From an uncultured Klebsiella sp. (GTDB lineage Bacteria; Verrucomicrobiota; Verrucomicrobiia; Limisphaerales; SXTU01): DNA of 64,000 nt. Shown here piece by piece: positions 8,499 through 18,083 of this stretch (position 1 is the stretch's first letter; the number at the start of each line of letters is the position of its first letter). The notes under the pieces are model-generated. The model had not been told where the DNA came from, made no database searches, and saw only the letters and a list, made by a program, of their open reading frames with translations. The stretch is from positions 7,477 to 71,476 of the forward strand of contig CAYZJP010000003.1 in the NCBI GenBank assembly GCA_964478755.1, written 5' to 3'. Position numbers and translations under genes: made by a program.

Positions 8499-10082
8499 TC
8501 ATGGTCGGAGTTGCGACCAGTCCCTCAGCCCGATGACCGGCAGAGCGAACTCGAAGGCGCGCGGCTCCTCCGGTGTGCCGGCGGCCTTGAAGGCTTCGTA
8601 AATTTTCCTTGGGTGATCGGGCGAGGCGGTCGTGCCGGGCTTGCGCGTCCAAAGGCCGAGGTTCAAGCCGCCTTCGCCGCCGTGATCCACGTGGCGATGA
8701 AGGATGAAGGCGTCGATGCCCGCGAGTGACTGGACCTTCTTCCACGCGTAGCAGTAAGCCGCCGCCTGCCACAATTCGCCGTCGGGTTTGTCCGGGCAGT
8801 GAAAGCCTTGTTCCGAGAGAATGATGCGGCGTGGGCGCCCGTGATAGAGCAGTTCGGGCCGGCGAAAGTAGGCATCGAGCACTTCAAGATTCTTGAACGT
8901 GATCTTCGGCGTGTCGTCGCGCGACGTGGGCTGCTTGTCCAGCCAGGTGCGCGGCTCGAAAAGATTTTCCGGATACGGATGGTGCGCGAGGTGCCAGTCG
9001 AAGTCACCACCGGTTTTTGCAAACCGGTTGAAGTCGTCAATCAAGCCCTTGCCCTCGCACGAGCGGAGCGGGCCGCTGCGCATTACCCGGTCCCAGTAGT
9101 GCGTGAGCGAGAGATAGACGCGGGCGTGCGCGGACGACTTGCGAACGGCGGTGTGTGCGATGCGGACCGTGCGCAGATAATCCGCCACGACCTCGGCCCG
9201 CGTGGCCCCGCCGAGGTTATACCATTCCCAATGGGCGTTGACTTCGTTGCCGATGATGTAGCCCCAGACGCGACCGTGAATCGAGTTCGTGCCTGAGTAG
9301 CGGTCGGCGAGGAATTCCAGCGCGGCTTTGAAATGCGGCGAGCCTTCCGGGGTGGAGGTGTTAAACGCGGTGAGCCGGTTCGGCGCGTTGGTGTTGAAGT
9401 TCGGATGTCGCATCACTGCGTCGAGATCCGCGCGGCCCGTGTAATAGAGCAGGATGAGATTCACCACCACGCCCGCGTCGGAGAGGCGCTTGACTGGCAG
9501 CGAGTCGAGGTAACGACGGTTGAAGAAATAAGTCTGGCCGTCCATATCCCACTTGAGCGAGTCGGGCTGCGGCTGGAGTTGAATCAAGCCGGCGAGGTTG
9601 AAGTTCAGCGCGCAATGCCGGATGCCCAGCGTGAGCGCATCGTCCACCATCTGCGCTTGGATGCCCTTTTTGCTCGTGGGAGCTGGATGAGGCTCGCGGT
9701 TGGGCGAGAGGCTGTCCAAGTCTTCCACGAAACGAATCGCGCCGACAACCTCGCGTCCGCTGGTGCCTGCGCGCGTCGCGACGAAGCCGGAGTAAAGCCG
9801 GTCGCGCGCGCCATCGAAGCGCGCGAGCCGGACGAGTGAACGGTCTTGCGTTGGCGTGACGACACGTTCATGTCGCCGCAATTTTTCCAGCGCGAACGGA
9901 CGGATGCCGCCGGGCGCCGTCGCGTTCACTTCGTAAGGCTCCAGTTCGGCGATGCCGAATTCCGTGGCGGGCGAGTCGAGCCGGAACAGCAACTCCGTGG
10001 CCGTGGCGGTGACGTTTGCCACGCCGGCGGCAACGGCGTGAGCAGCGACGACCAAGACCACGATGAGTGCGCGGAGGAACAA
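8499..10082 (-). CDS. secreted TIM-barrel glycoside-hydrolase-like protein (family not assignable by eye)
   Basis: Signal peptide LIVVLVVAAHAVAAG. GYIIGNEVNAHWEWYN contains a GH-A-like NE motif. Protein-like composition over the full length. Confidence 0.5.
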   Translation of the reverse strand: MFLRALIVVLVVAAHAVAAGVANVTATATELLFRLDSPATEFGIAELEPYEVNATAPGGIRPFALEKLRRHERVVTPTQDRSLVRLARFDGARDRLYSGFVATRAGTSGREVVGAIRFVEDLDSLSPNREPHPAPTSKKGIQAQMVDDALTLGIRHCALNFNLAGLIQLQPQPDSLKWDMDGQTYFFNRRYLDSLPVKRLSDAGVVVNLILLYYTGRADLDAVMRHPNFNTNAPNRLTAFNTSTPEGSPHFKAALEFLADRYSGTNSIHGRVWGYIIGNEVNAHWEWYNLGGATRAEVVADYLRTVRIAHTAVRKSSAHARVYLSLTHYWDRVMRSGPLRSCEGKGLIDDFNRFAKTGGDFDWHLAHHPYPENLFEPRTWLDKQPTSRDDTPKITFKNLEVLDAYFRRPELLYHGRPRRIILSEQGFHCPDKPDGELWQAAAYCYAWKKVQSLAGIDAFILHRHVDHGGEGGLNLGLWTRKPGTTASPDHPRKIYEAFKAAGTPEEPRAFEFALPVIGLRDWSQLRP

Positions 10083-10200
10083 GCGGAGAACCGACGGGAG
10101 GCAAGTCGCAGTTAATCAGCCGATCTCCGTTTCGGCTCGCGGCCACATTTTGCATTGCGCTTCGCCCGGCAGACTGGCAGCAACTCCGCGACACCGCGCC

Positions 10201-11706
10201 ATGACCGAACCGAACGAGCCTTCACCCCGCCCCGGCCAGCTCGTGCCCACGCTCGGACTTTTCACCACGGTCATGATCGTGGTCGGCGGCGTCATCGGCT
10301 CGGGCATCTTCCGCAAGCCGGGTGTCATGGCCGGACAGCTCGGCTCGACGGAGCTGCTGCTCGCGGTGTGGGTGCTCGCGGGCGTCATCACGCTCTTCGG
10401 CGCGCTCACCAACGCGGAGATTTCCAGCTTCATCACCGAGACCGGCGGGCAATACGTCTTCTTCGAGCGCATGTATGGCCCGTTCACCGCGTTCATCTTC
10501 GGCTGGGCGGTCTTCGCGGTCATCCAGACCGGCAGCATCGCGGCGCTGGCGTATGTGTTCGCCGAATATTTCACCAAGCTCCAACCCTTGCCCGAACTCA
10601 GCAGCGCGGCGGCAAGCTGGTCGTTCCACGTCCCCTTCATTGGCGACATCGCGCCGCTGCGGGAGTTCGGCGTGAAGTGCCTCGCGTCGTTTGTGATCGT
10701 CGTGCTGACGGTGGTGAACTACCTCGGCGTGCGCTTCGGCGGCCTCGTGCAAAACATCTTCACCGTCGCGAAGCTCGGCGGGATGGCGGCGTTGTTCCTC
10801 GCGGCGTTCCTCGTGCCCAGCGCGGGCGGCAGCATGAAGAACTTGTCCACGACCGTGCCGGCGTTGCAGAAGCACGGCTTCGAACTCGTCGTCGCCATCG
10901 CGGCCGCGCTGCAAGGCGCGTTCTGGGCCTATGACGGCTGGGTGAAGACAACCTTCTGCGCCGGCGAAGTCCGCGACCCGCAGCGCAACGTGCCGAGCGC
11001 GACGGTGCTGGGAATGTTCATCGTCACCGGCATCTATCTCGGGCTGACGCTGGCCTACTGCTGGGTGCTGCCGGCGGAACTCATGGCGCAGTCCAAACTC
11101 GTCGCCGCCGACGTGGCCGAGCGCGTGATGAACGGCGGCGGCAAGTGGATCGCCGTCGTCGTGATGTGCTCCACGTTCGGAGCGAACAATGCGACCATCC
11201 TCGCCAGCGCGCGGGTTTATTTCACGATGGCGCAGCGCAACCTCTTTCCCGCGCTGCTGGGCCGGGTGCATCCGCGCTACCACACGCCGGCGGCGTCGCT
11301 CGTGGTGCAGGGGCTGTGGAGCATCGCGCTGGTGTTCAGCGGCACGTTCGATCAGCTCACCGACACACTCATCTTCGTGAGCTGGATTTTTTACGGCCTC
11401 GGTGCCTACGGCGTCTTCGTCCTGCGCCGCAAGGAGCCGGACGCGCCGCGCCCCTACAAAGTGCCGGGCTATCCGTGGGTGCCGGGAATCTTCGTCGCGT
11501 TCTCCGCGGTGTTCCTCGTGCTCACGATGGTGAACGACGTGAACGCCTATCGCGCCGCAGTCGCCGCCGGGAAACCCGCCGTCATCAACTTCGCGCTCGG
11601 CACCGCGCTCGTCGTCATGGGCGTGCCGATTTATTTCTTCTACCGGAAGCGAAACGGTCCTCCACTCCCTCTCCCTTCATCGGATGAGGGGAGAGGGCCG
11701 GGGTGA
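10201..11706 (+). CDS. APC-superfamily amino acid permease
   Basis: About 12 TM helices. N-terminal LGLFTTVMIVVGGVIGSGIF motif, and later FWAYDGW. ATG at 10201 is chosen because the upstream 46 codons are Arg-rich and overlap the neighbouring gene. The last ~15 codons and the stop lie inside a family A repeat. Confidence 0.85.
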   Translation: MTEPNEPSPRPGQLVPTLGLFTTVMIVVGGVIGSGIFRKPGVMAGQLGSTELLLAVWVLAGVITLFGALTNAEISSFITETGGQYVFFERMYGPFTAFIFGWAVFAVIQTGSIAALAYVFAEYFTKLQPLPELSSAAASWSFHVPFIGDIAPLREFGVKCLASFVIVVLTVVNYLGVRFGGLVQNIFTVAKLGGMAALFLAAFLVPSAGGSMKNLSTTVPALQKHGFELVVAIAAALQGAFWAYDGWVKTTFCAGEVRDPQRNVPSATVLGMFIVTGIYLGLTLAYCWVLPAELMAQSKLVAADVAERVMNGGGKWIAVVVMCSTFGANNATILASARVYFTMAQRNLFPALLGRVHPRYHTPAASLVVQGLWSIALVFSGTFDQLTDTLIFVSWIFYGLGAYGVFVLRRKEPDAPRPYKVPGYPWVPGIFVAFSAVFLVLTMVNDVNAYRAAVAAGKPAVINFALGTALVVMGVPIYFFYRKRNGPPLPLPSSDEGRGPG

Positions 11707-11791
11707 GGGGTTCTGCGTGTCGGCGCAAGTGGCCGCACCCCTCATCCGGCCTGCGGCCACCTTCTCCCCTCGCTCCGCGAAGGGAGAAGGC
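11661..11791. repeat. family A palindromic element (two half-units in inward orientation)
   Basis: ctccctctcccttcatcggatgaggggagagggccggggtgagggg ... cacccctcatccggcc...ccttctcccctcgctccgcgaagggagaagg. It overlaps the permease 3' end. Confidence 0.8.
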
Positions 11792-11811
11792 TCTGTCCCT
11801 TATTTCTTCCG

Positions 11812-13839
11812 TCACTGATGCCACTCGCCGGTGAAGGGCTTGTAGAACTGCTTCCACTCGCGCTCGAACCACACCGGCGACGACGGGAAGCCTTCCTGCC
11901 CCAGCGCGTCCACGGCGACGACGTAGTAGCGGCGCGCGGTCTGGCCCGCCTCGGGGTCGCTGAAAGTCGTCGCCGCGAGCGGCTCCGGCGTGAGGCGCGG
12001 GATGGGATCCTTGTCGTAGCGGCCGTTCATGCGATAGACGCGGTAGCCGCGCAGCGACTTCTCCGCGCTCGCCGCCCACTTGAGCTGGCACGTCACGCCT
12101 TCCTCTTTCGAGAATAGCCACTGCACCGGCGAAGGAATGGTTAGCTCCGCTGCGGAAGGACCGCTCTCCACGCCAGCCGTCGTCACCGCGCGCACGCGAT
12201 AGGCAAACACGGCAAGGCGATACGCCTTGCCCGTTGGGTCGAACTGCTCGGCGTTGAACTTTCGTTCGTAGAGCGGCGGTTCGGTGAATGGCTGCGGCTT
12301 GGTCAAATCAATGGTCGTGTCGGTGAACGCGGTTCCCGTCACGGGCGCGACCGTGAGCCGTTGGAAAGGCCCGACCTTCGTGATGGCCCCGACACTCGGT
12401 TCCACCAGTGGCTCGGTCTGGCGCTTGAGGCGGCGAAGCTGGTCCTCCGTAGCAACCTCGACCAACGCCCGCTCTACGTGGTAGCCGACCACGTTCTTCT
12501 CCGGCGACATCTTCCACGTCAGTTCGACGCGCTTCGCTCCGAGCACCGAGACTGTGATGTCCTCGACGATGCGAGGCTCAGTCGTCCCCGCCAAAAGTTT
12601 CGGTCGTTCGGCCCGCGTTCCGGCTTCTGCGTTCCTTGTTTCCAACCGCAAGGCCCACACCTGTTGCTCCGCCGGCCCCTGCGGCGGGTGCGTGCGATTC
12701 TCCAAGAGAAATGCGTTCAACTCCGGCGCAAAGACGATATTGCGCGCGCGGTTGCCGGACGGGTCCGGCTCGCGCGGCGGGTTCATCTTGGTCCACTGGT
12801 TCGCACCGGCATCGAAGGCCCACGTCTCCAAGCGCGACTTCGCGTTGTCATCCGTGCCTTCGCTCACTTTCACCACAGCCAGCACAACGCGGTTCACCGA
12901 GTCATAGGCGAGCACGGCGTCGTTCTTGTCCGTGGGCGGCAGCGCGGCAGGCTTGAGGCTGGTCCACTTGTTCTCGACGAAGCTGTAGGCCCACGTGTGC
13001 GGGTCGTTGTTGAACTGCGCTCCGAAAAGGATGTGCAGCCGGCGCGCGGCGTCGTAGGCCATGTTTCCCCCGCTGCGGAACTCCGGTTGCGGCGAAGTCC
13101 GCTTGAACTTCCACTCATTCGAGTGCGAGTCATAGACCAGCGTGCCCTCGGTGCTCGTCTCGCCGCCGAAGAGCACGACGACATCCTGCGACGTGTCCCA
13201 CGCCGCGCAGCGCAGCGGCTTGGGGCTGGCGGTGGGAATGGGGCGGAGATTGCGCCACTTGTTCTCAGCGAGGTCGTAGCTCCAGACCGACGAGTCATTC
13301 AGATAAATCTCGCGCCACCACTGCCAGCCGTGGCTGCCGCTGAAGGACGGGAAGCGCAGGTAGCGGCTCTGATTCGGGTCGAACACGTTTTGCTGACCGC
13401 AGCAAATCCCCGGCGGCTGGATGTTCGGCTCCTTCAAAGTCCACCTCGCCGTGAGCGGGTCGAAGGTCCACATCTCCGAATGCTGTTCACCGCCTCCGCC
13501 TTGGTTGTGCCCGCCGTAACGGATCATCACCTGATGCTTCGCATCCCACACGCACGCGCCCTCGTAGCCGAGCCGCGGCGACGGCGGCGTGTTGGTGAGC
13601 GGCGAGAGCTTCACCCAGGAGTTCAGCGGCAAGTCCAATCCCGCGCCTGATGCAACGTGCGTTGTGAGCGCGAGCACTGCCAGGAGACATTTCAAGCCAC
13701 GTGTTGAACGCGGATCAAACACGTATCGGGAATCATCAGGACGGCATGAAGGCAGAGATTCTGCGGAGAGGCTTCGGTCAGATTCCCTTCCTGCCTTCCT
13801 GCGTTCCTGATTCTTGCCTGTGTTCAATCCGTGTTTCAT
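11812..13839 (-). CDS. secreted Kelch-repeat beta-propeller protein with C-terminal Ig/FN3-like domains
   Basis: Kelch-type repeats (IRYGGHNQGGGGEQHSEMWTFDP, VVLFGGE, WTSLKP, WTKMNP). Hydrophobic signal segment LKCLLAVLALTTHVASGA. The ATG at 13839 lies inside a family B repeat. GTG at 13722 (MFDPRSTRGLKCLL...) is an alternative start. Confidence 0.7.
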   Translation of the reverse strand: MKHGLNTGKNQERRKAGRESDRSLSAESLPSCRPDDSRYVFDPRSTRGLKCLLAVLALTTHVASGAGLDLPLNSWVKLSPLTNTPPSPRLGYEGACVWDAKHQVMIRYGGHNQGGGGEQHSEMWTFDPLTARWTLKEPNIQPPGICCGQQNVFDPNQSRYLRFPSFSGSHGWQWWREIYLNDSSVWSYDLAENKWRNLRPIPTASPKPLRCAAWDTSQDVVVLFGGETSTEGTLVYDSHSNEWKFKRTSPQPEFRSGGNMAYDAARRLHILFGAQFNNDPHTWAYSFVENKWTSLKPAALPPTDKNDAVLAYDSVNRVVLAVVKVSEGTDDNAKSRLETWAFDAGANQWTKMNPPREPDPSGNRARNIVFAPELNAFLLENRTHPPQGPAEQQVWALRLETRNAEAGTRAERPKLLAGTTEPRIVEDITVSVLGAKRVELTWKMSPEKNVVGYHVERALVEVATEDQLRRLKRQTEPLVEPSVGAITKVGPFQRLTVAPVTGTAFTDTTIDLTKPQPFTEPPLYERKFNAEQFDPTGKAYRLAVFAYRVRAVTTAGVESGPSAAELTIPSPVQWLFSKEEGVTCQLKWAASAEKSLRGYRVYRMNGRYDKDPIPRLTPEPLAATTFSDPEAGQTARRYYVVAVDALGQEGFPSSPVWFEREWKQFYKPFTGEWHQ

Positions 13840-13850
13840 CCGTGGCTCCT
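13690..13850. repeat. family B inverted-repeat element (AGCCACGGATGAAACACGGATT.AACAC ... GTGTTT.ATCCG..GTGGCT)
   Basis: On the minus strand: aggagccacggatgaaacacggattgaacac - about 100 nt - cgtgtttgatccgcgttcaacacgtggcttgaaatg. The left arm is near-identical to the copy at 36958. Confidence 0.8.
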
Positions 13851-14724
13851 ATTTGGCGTCCTTCCACTTCCGGTATTCCTCCAGCACTTCATCGCGCGAG
13901 CAGCGCGGGCGCAGGACAGTGCGGACTTTGAAGCCGTATTCCTTCATCACTTCCGGCTTGGGCACGAGGAACTGAAAGTCCCACGCCGGGTTCGTCGTTT
14001 GAAGCGCCGCGTTCACGCCACCACCACTGGGCGAGTGCGTGAGGCGGATGCCTTCCGTGCGGTCGAACATCACGATCCACATCAGCCCGTCATGGTTCCC
14101 GTAGAACAGCGGCTCGCGATAGCGCAGCATCGAGAGGGCTTTGAACAGCGTGTCGCGGCCCGGCGCGGTGGTGAGGGCCAACTTATCCTCGTGATGCAGC
14201 ACCGTGCTGTCGCGATTGTGAAACTGCGTGCAAAGCTGTGTCCAGAGCGCGTCGCGCTGGTCTGGCAGGCCGCCGAGGAAATACATGGACTTGTCCAACG
14301 GCGCATGGATGTAGTTCGCCCAGAACAATCCCATGTAACCGCGTGCGAAGACGTGCTGGTGCGCGAAGCAGCGAAATGTCATGTCGAGGTAATGTGGCGC
14401 GACGAGCCGGAAGCGCGTCCAGCTCTCGACGTGATACGTGGGCGTCGGTGGCTGGTGCAGCTCGGCCTCCGAGTCGGAGAGCTGCGTGAAATTCATCTCC
14501 GAGTTGCGCGGCTCGAAGAAGGTCTTCGAGTCCGGCGGCTCCTCGCCGTTGAAGACGTGCTCCAGGTTCAGCCCCGCCACCTCCGGCACGAACACGCTGC
14601 GCGCGCCGTGCGTGTTGTGGACGAGGCTCCAGACGCCGTTGTAGCCGGCGCGATGCTGGTCATGCGCGGCGTTGTCACCGATGACGGCGGTCAGGTCGCC
14701 GACTTTGAAGATTGCGTGTGGCAT
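13849..14724 (-). CDS. hypothetical protein (291 aa)
   Basis: Protein-like composition and co-directional with its neighbours. No motif I can name. Confidence 0.5.
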   Translation of the reverse strand: MPHAIFKVGDLTAVIGDNAAHDQHRAGYNGVWSLVHNTHGARSVFVPEVAGLNLEHVFNGEEPPDSKTFFEPRNSEMNFTQLSDSEAELHQPPTPTYHVESWTRFRLVAPHYLDMTFRCFAHQHVFARGYMGLFWANYIHAPLDKSMYFLGGLPDQRDALWTQLCTQFHNRDSTVLHHEDKLALTTAPGRDTLFKALSMLRYREPLFYGNHDGLMWIVMFDRTEGIRLTHSPSGGGVNAALQTTNPAWDFQFLVPKPEVMKEYGFKVRTVLRPRCSRDEVLEEYRKWKDAK

Positions 14725-14760
14725 GGCTGGACACCTTTCTCTCTCAGCAGTTCCGGCGCG

Positions 14761-15786
14761 TCAGCCTAATTCGACACGCTGGCCCAAGCGAACCGATTGC
14801 TCCTCCGCTTCGCAAATCTCCACCGAGCTGACGCCGTCGGCCGCAGTCACGACGGTTGGCGGCGTTCCCGACGCGACACACTCAACGAAGTGACGCAGCT
14901 CGCCGACGTAGCCGTCAGGCTGGCCGAGCTTGAGCACCAGCGCGGGCTGGCCTTGCTCGCAGACTTTCAACGCATCAGCGCCGCGCGCGAGGTCGTAGTC
15001 CACGGTCCCGCGCTCGAAGTTCACGGTGTGGCTCATGTTGAAACCGAAGCCGGGCGTCATGCACCACGCACCCTCGGCGTGGACCATCGCGCCGCTGGCG
15101 ACTTCGTAGTGCGTCACCACGTGGTCAATCGCGCCGCTGATCTTCGTGTAGCCTGTCGAGCGCACCGCGCGCGGCCGGCCAAAGCAGAACTGCACAAAAT
15201 CCGTGTCGTGGATGTGCAGGTCCAGCAGCGCGCCGCCGGACTTCGCGCCGTCGAGGAAGTTTTGTTGTCCCCAACCCGGCGGCTCGGCGACGCGGCGGAA
15301 GCGCGCGGAAAGCACCTTGCCGAAGCGGTTGTCCGCGATGGCCGCGCGCACCCACACCCACTCGGGAAGGAAGCGCACGCACATCGCTGGCATAAGAATG
15401 CGTTTCGTTTCTGTAGCGACGACTGCCATTTCGCGCGCCTGCGCCGCGGTGCGGGCAAAGGGCTTTTCGCAGAGCACGTGCTTGCCCGCGCGCAACGCGG
15501 CGATGGCGAGATCGCGGTGCGCAAGCGTCGGCGCGCAGATGTCCACGGCGTGGATGTCCGGGTCGGCAAGCAGCGCGGCGAAGTCGCGGAACGCCTTGAA
15601 GCTGCCCGGCTCCAGTTTCACCGGCGCGTTGTCGCCCACGTTGCCGGCGACGCCGGTGAAGTCGCCGTCGAGGTGGCGGCCGCTGGGATTGCAGAGCGCG
15701 GCGACGCGCGCGCCGGGCACCTGCCGCAGCGCCTTGATGTGCGTGGCGGCCATGAAGCCGAGTCCGACGATGCCAAGGTTGAGCAT
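14761..15786 (-). CDS. Gfo/Idh/MocA family NAD(P)-dependent oxidoreductase
   Basis: Rossmann N-terminus MLNLGIVGLGFMAATHIKAL, EKPFA motif (VLCEKPFART). ATG at 15786. The upstream 104 codons of the track ORF overlap the next gene and look spurious. Confidence 0.85.
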   Translation of the reverse strand: MLNLGIVGLGFMAATHIKALRQVPGARVAALCNPSGRHLDGDFTGVAGNVGDNAPVKLEPGSFKAFRDFAALLADPDIHAVDICAPTLAHRDLAIAALRAGKHVLCEKPFARTAAQAREMAVVATETKRILMPAMCVRFLPEWVWVRAAIADNRFGKVLSARFRRVAEPPGWGQQNFLDGAKSGGALLDLHIHDTDFVQFCFGRPRAVRSTGYTKISGAIDHVVTHYEVASGAMVHAEGAWCMTPGFGFNMSHTVNFERGTVDYDLARGADALKVCEQGQPALVLKLGQPDGYVGELRHFVECVASGTPPTVVTAADGVSSVEICEAEEQSVRLGQRVELG

Positions 15787-15874
15787 GGGAATGATTAGCC
15801 GCGAAAGGGCGCGCAGGACGCAAAGAAAAAGTTTCCACTTTGCACTTTCTGAGTTTTTTTCGAGGCAAAGCTTT

Positions 15875-16486
15875 TCAGTGGCCGGCTCGTCGCAGCCACC
15901 GCTCCCAATCCGCGACCGTGTCCACGTCGGCCAGCTCGCGGAGCACCGCGATGCGCAAATCGCTTTCGCGGGCGCGGCGCATGGTTTCCGCGAACACGGC
16001 GTCGGTGCTCCAAGGCATCGCGGTGAAGAGGCCCGGTTGCGGCGCGCGCAGGCCGACGAGCCAGTAGCCGCCGTCCAGCGCGGGGCCGAGCACCACATCG
16101 TGCCCGGTGAGCGCCAGCCACGCGTCCTCGATGTCTGTCGCCGTCACATCGGGGCAGTCGGAGCCGATGATGACGACCTGCTCGGCGTCGGAGAGGAAGT
16201 GTTCCGTGAAAGCGGCGTGAAGCCGAGCACCCAGATCGCCTCCGGATTGCGGACACGCGGACCAGTCGGCGCGGAGCCAGGGTTTGATTTCCGCGCTGGC
16301 GTCCGGCGGGGCGAAGCACAATTCCACCGCGTGCAGCGAAGCGAGGTTGGCAAGGAGCGTCTCGACAAGCTGGCGGTAGGCGGCGCGGGCGGCGTCCGCG
16401 CCAAGCGTCTCCGCGAGCCGTGTCTTGACCTCGCCGGATCGCGGGGCTTTCAGGAAGACCACCAGCCGGCTCGGGTTCGCGCTCAT
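15875..16486 (-). CDS. DUF2064 / TIGR04282-type glycosyltransferase-like protein
   Basis: LVVFLKAPRSGEVKTRL, QSGGDLGARL, IIGSDCPD, GPALDGGYWLVG, which is the typical DUF2064 pattern. Its ATG overlaps the stop of the upstream MFS gene (ATGA). Confidence 0.75.
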   Translation of the reverse strand: MSANPSRLVVFLKAPRSGEVKTRLAETLGADAARAAYRQLVETLLANLASLHAVELCFAPPDASAEIKPWLRADWSACPQSGGDLGARLHAAFTEHFLSDAEQVVIIGSDCPDVTATDIEDAWLALTGHDVVLGPALDGGYWLVGLRAPQPGLFTAMPWSTDAVFAETMRRARESDLRIAVLRELADVDTVADWERWLRRAGH

Positions 16487-17943
16487 TCAACGGCGGCGAG
16501 TTCCGTCTCGGTGGCGTGGCCGCCGAGGTCTTTCGGTTCCGGCAGGATGAGCGCGACGAACATCGCCGGGACGAAGAGGCAACTGGCGAAGACGAGCGTT
16601 TTCTTGAAGTCACCCCCGCTGGCGAGCGAGCCGGAGAAGACCACGCCCAGCGCGGCGGCAATGCGCCCGATGTTGTAGCAGAAGCCCGCGCCGGTGGTGC
16701 GCAGCAGCGTGGGGAAGAGCGGCGGCAGATACATCGTGAACAGGCCGAAGACGCCGGAGAAGAATCCCACCGCCGGGAACCAGAACCACACGAGCGATTC
16801 CCAGCCGCGCGCCTGGAGGAACGTCCCGCCCATCGTGAGGAAGAAGCCGAGATAGCAGATCGCGATGGACCGCCGGTAGCCAAACGTCCGCGCCAGCCCG
16901 GCCGCCGCGAAGTTCCCGGCGATGCTCGCCACGATGATGACGAAGAACGCGATGCTGACGGTCTTCTGCTTGTAGGCGGCCACCCATTTGGCCGCGTCCC
17001 CGCCCGCCGCAGTTTTTGCGAACTCCACCTTCGCCGCCGCATCCAGGTCGGGCAGGTTCCGCAGATGTTGCGCGTGCCAGAACATGAACGCCCACCAAGC
17101 CGTGAGGCCGCACGCACACACGATGATGGTCAGCAGCGTCGTGCGCCGCACCGCGCCACGGAAGAGGTCGGCGATGCCCGGCTGAAAGCCGAGCGCCTCG
17201 CGCTTCGCGGCGTGCCATTCCTCCGGCTCCGGCACGTGGCGGCGAATCCAGAAGACCATCAGGGCCGGGAGGATGCCGACGAGGAAGACGAATTTCGGAT
17301 GCAGGTCCGCCATGAGGAAGGTCGCAAGACACGCTAGCAGGACGCCGAGGTTCACGCCGGTTTGCAGCACGGCGGCGACCCACGGCCGCCACTTCTTGGG
17401 CCACGTTTCCGACAGCAGCGAGGAGCCGACGGCCCATTCGCCGCCGATGCCCAACGCGGCGAGGAAGCGGAAAATCATCAACTGCCACCAAGTTTGCGCG
17501 AAGAAGGAAAGTCCGGTGAACGCCGCGTAGGTCAGAATCGTGAGCGAGAGCGAACGGCTGCGACCGAGGATGTCGCCGAGCCGCCCGAAGAACGCGCCCC
17601 CCAGCGCCCAGCCGACGAGGAACGCGGCCTGAATCCAGCCGCTCCGCTGCGCCACCATTTCGTGCGCGGGCGTGGCGTCAGCGGGAATCAGTCCCTGATT
17701 GATGAGCAACGACGCGACGAACGTGGACGCGACCAGCCCGTAGAGATGCATGTCCAGGCCGTCGAAGAGCCAGCCGAGCCACGCGGCGATGCCGGATTTC
17801 CATTGCTGCGGTGAGAGATCGCGGAGGGAGCTCGCCTCGGTCTTCCGTTCGACGGGCTTGAACCGGACCGCCTGACCGTCGGGGCCGGACTTGCGGATGA
17901 AGATGGTGCTCTGGGGCGGCTCTGGATCAGGCTCGTGGCTCAT
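16483..17943 (-). CDS. MFS transporter
   Basis: About 12 TM helices with a GRLGDILGRSRS loop motif between TM2 and TM3. The ATG at 17943 gives MSHEPDPEPP.... Confidence 0.8.
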   Translation of the reverse strand: MSHEPDPEPPQSTIFIRKSGPDGQAVRFKPVERKTEASSLRDLSPQQWKSGIAAWLGWLFDGLDMHLYGLVASTFVASLLINQGLIPADATPAHEMVAQRSGWIQAAFLVGWALGGAFFGRLGDILGRSRSLSLTILTYAAFTGLSFFAQTWWQLMIFRFLAALGIGGEWAVGSSLLSETWPKKWRPWVAAVLQTGVNLGVLLACLATFLMADLHPKFVFLVGILPALMVFWIRRHVPEPEEWHAAKREALGFQPGIADLFRGAVRRTTLLTIIVCACGLTAWWAFMFWHAQHLRNLPDLDAAAKVEFAKTAAGGDAAKWVAAYKQKTVSIAFFVIIVASIAGNFAAAGLARTFGYRRSIAICYLGFFLTMGGTFLQARGWESLVWFWFPAVGFFSGVFGLFTMYLPPLFPTLLRTTGAGFCYNIGRIAAALGVVFSGSLASGGDFKKTLVFASCLFVPAMFVALILPEPKDLGGHATETELAAVE

Positions 17944-18083
17944 GGATGCTGGACGGCGAGCGTAGGCGAACCGAGTTGCGCGGCACAAGGCGACAGTTGG
18001 CGAAAGCGGGCGGGAAAATTTCTATTGCCTGCCTCCTGCCCGCCGGTATGCTGCGCCGCTCGATTTGAGAGCCAATAGAAGAC

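Noticed and set aside
12361-13650. 429-aa plus ORF, and likewise 37135-38436 minus (433 aa).
   Set aside because: They are shadow frames of the Kelch-propeller and WD40 genes respectively.
15203-17117. 491-aa plus ORF (15203-16678) and 440-aa minus ORF (15795-17117).
   Set aside because: Both are shadow frames over the Gfo/Idh/MocA, DUF2064 and MFS genes. They have extreme Arg/Ala/Ser/Pro composition and no motifs.
18025-18052. Sigma70-like TTGCCT-N16-TATGCT upstream of rpoZ.
   Set aside because: This is a single weak consensus match in a phylum whose promoter consensus I cannot assume, so it is not reported as a feature.
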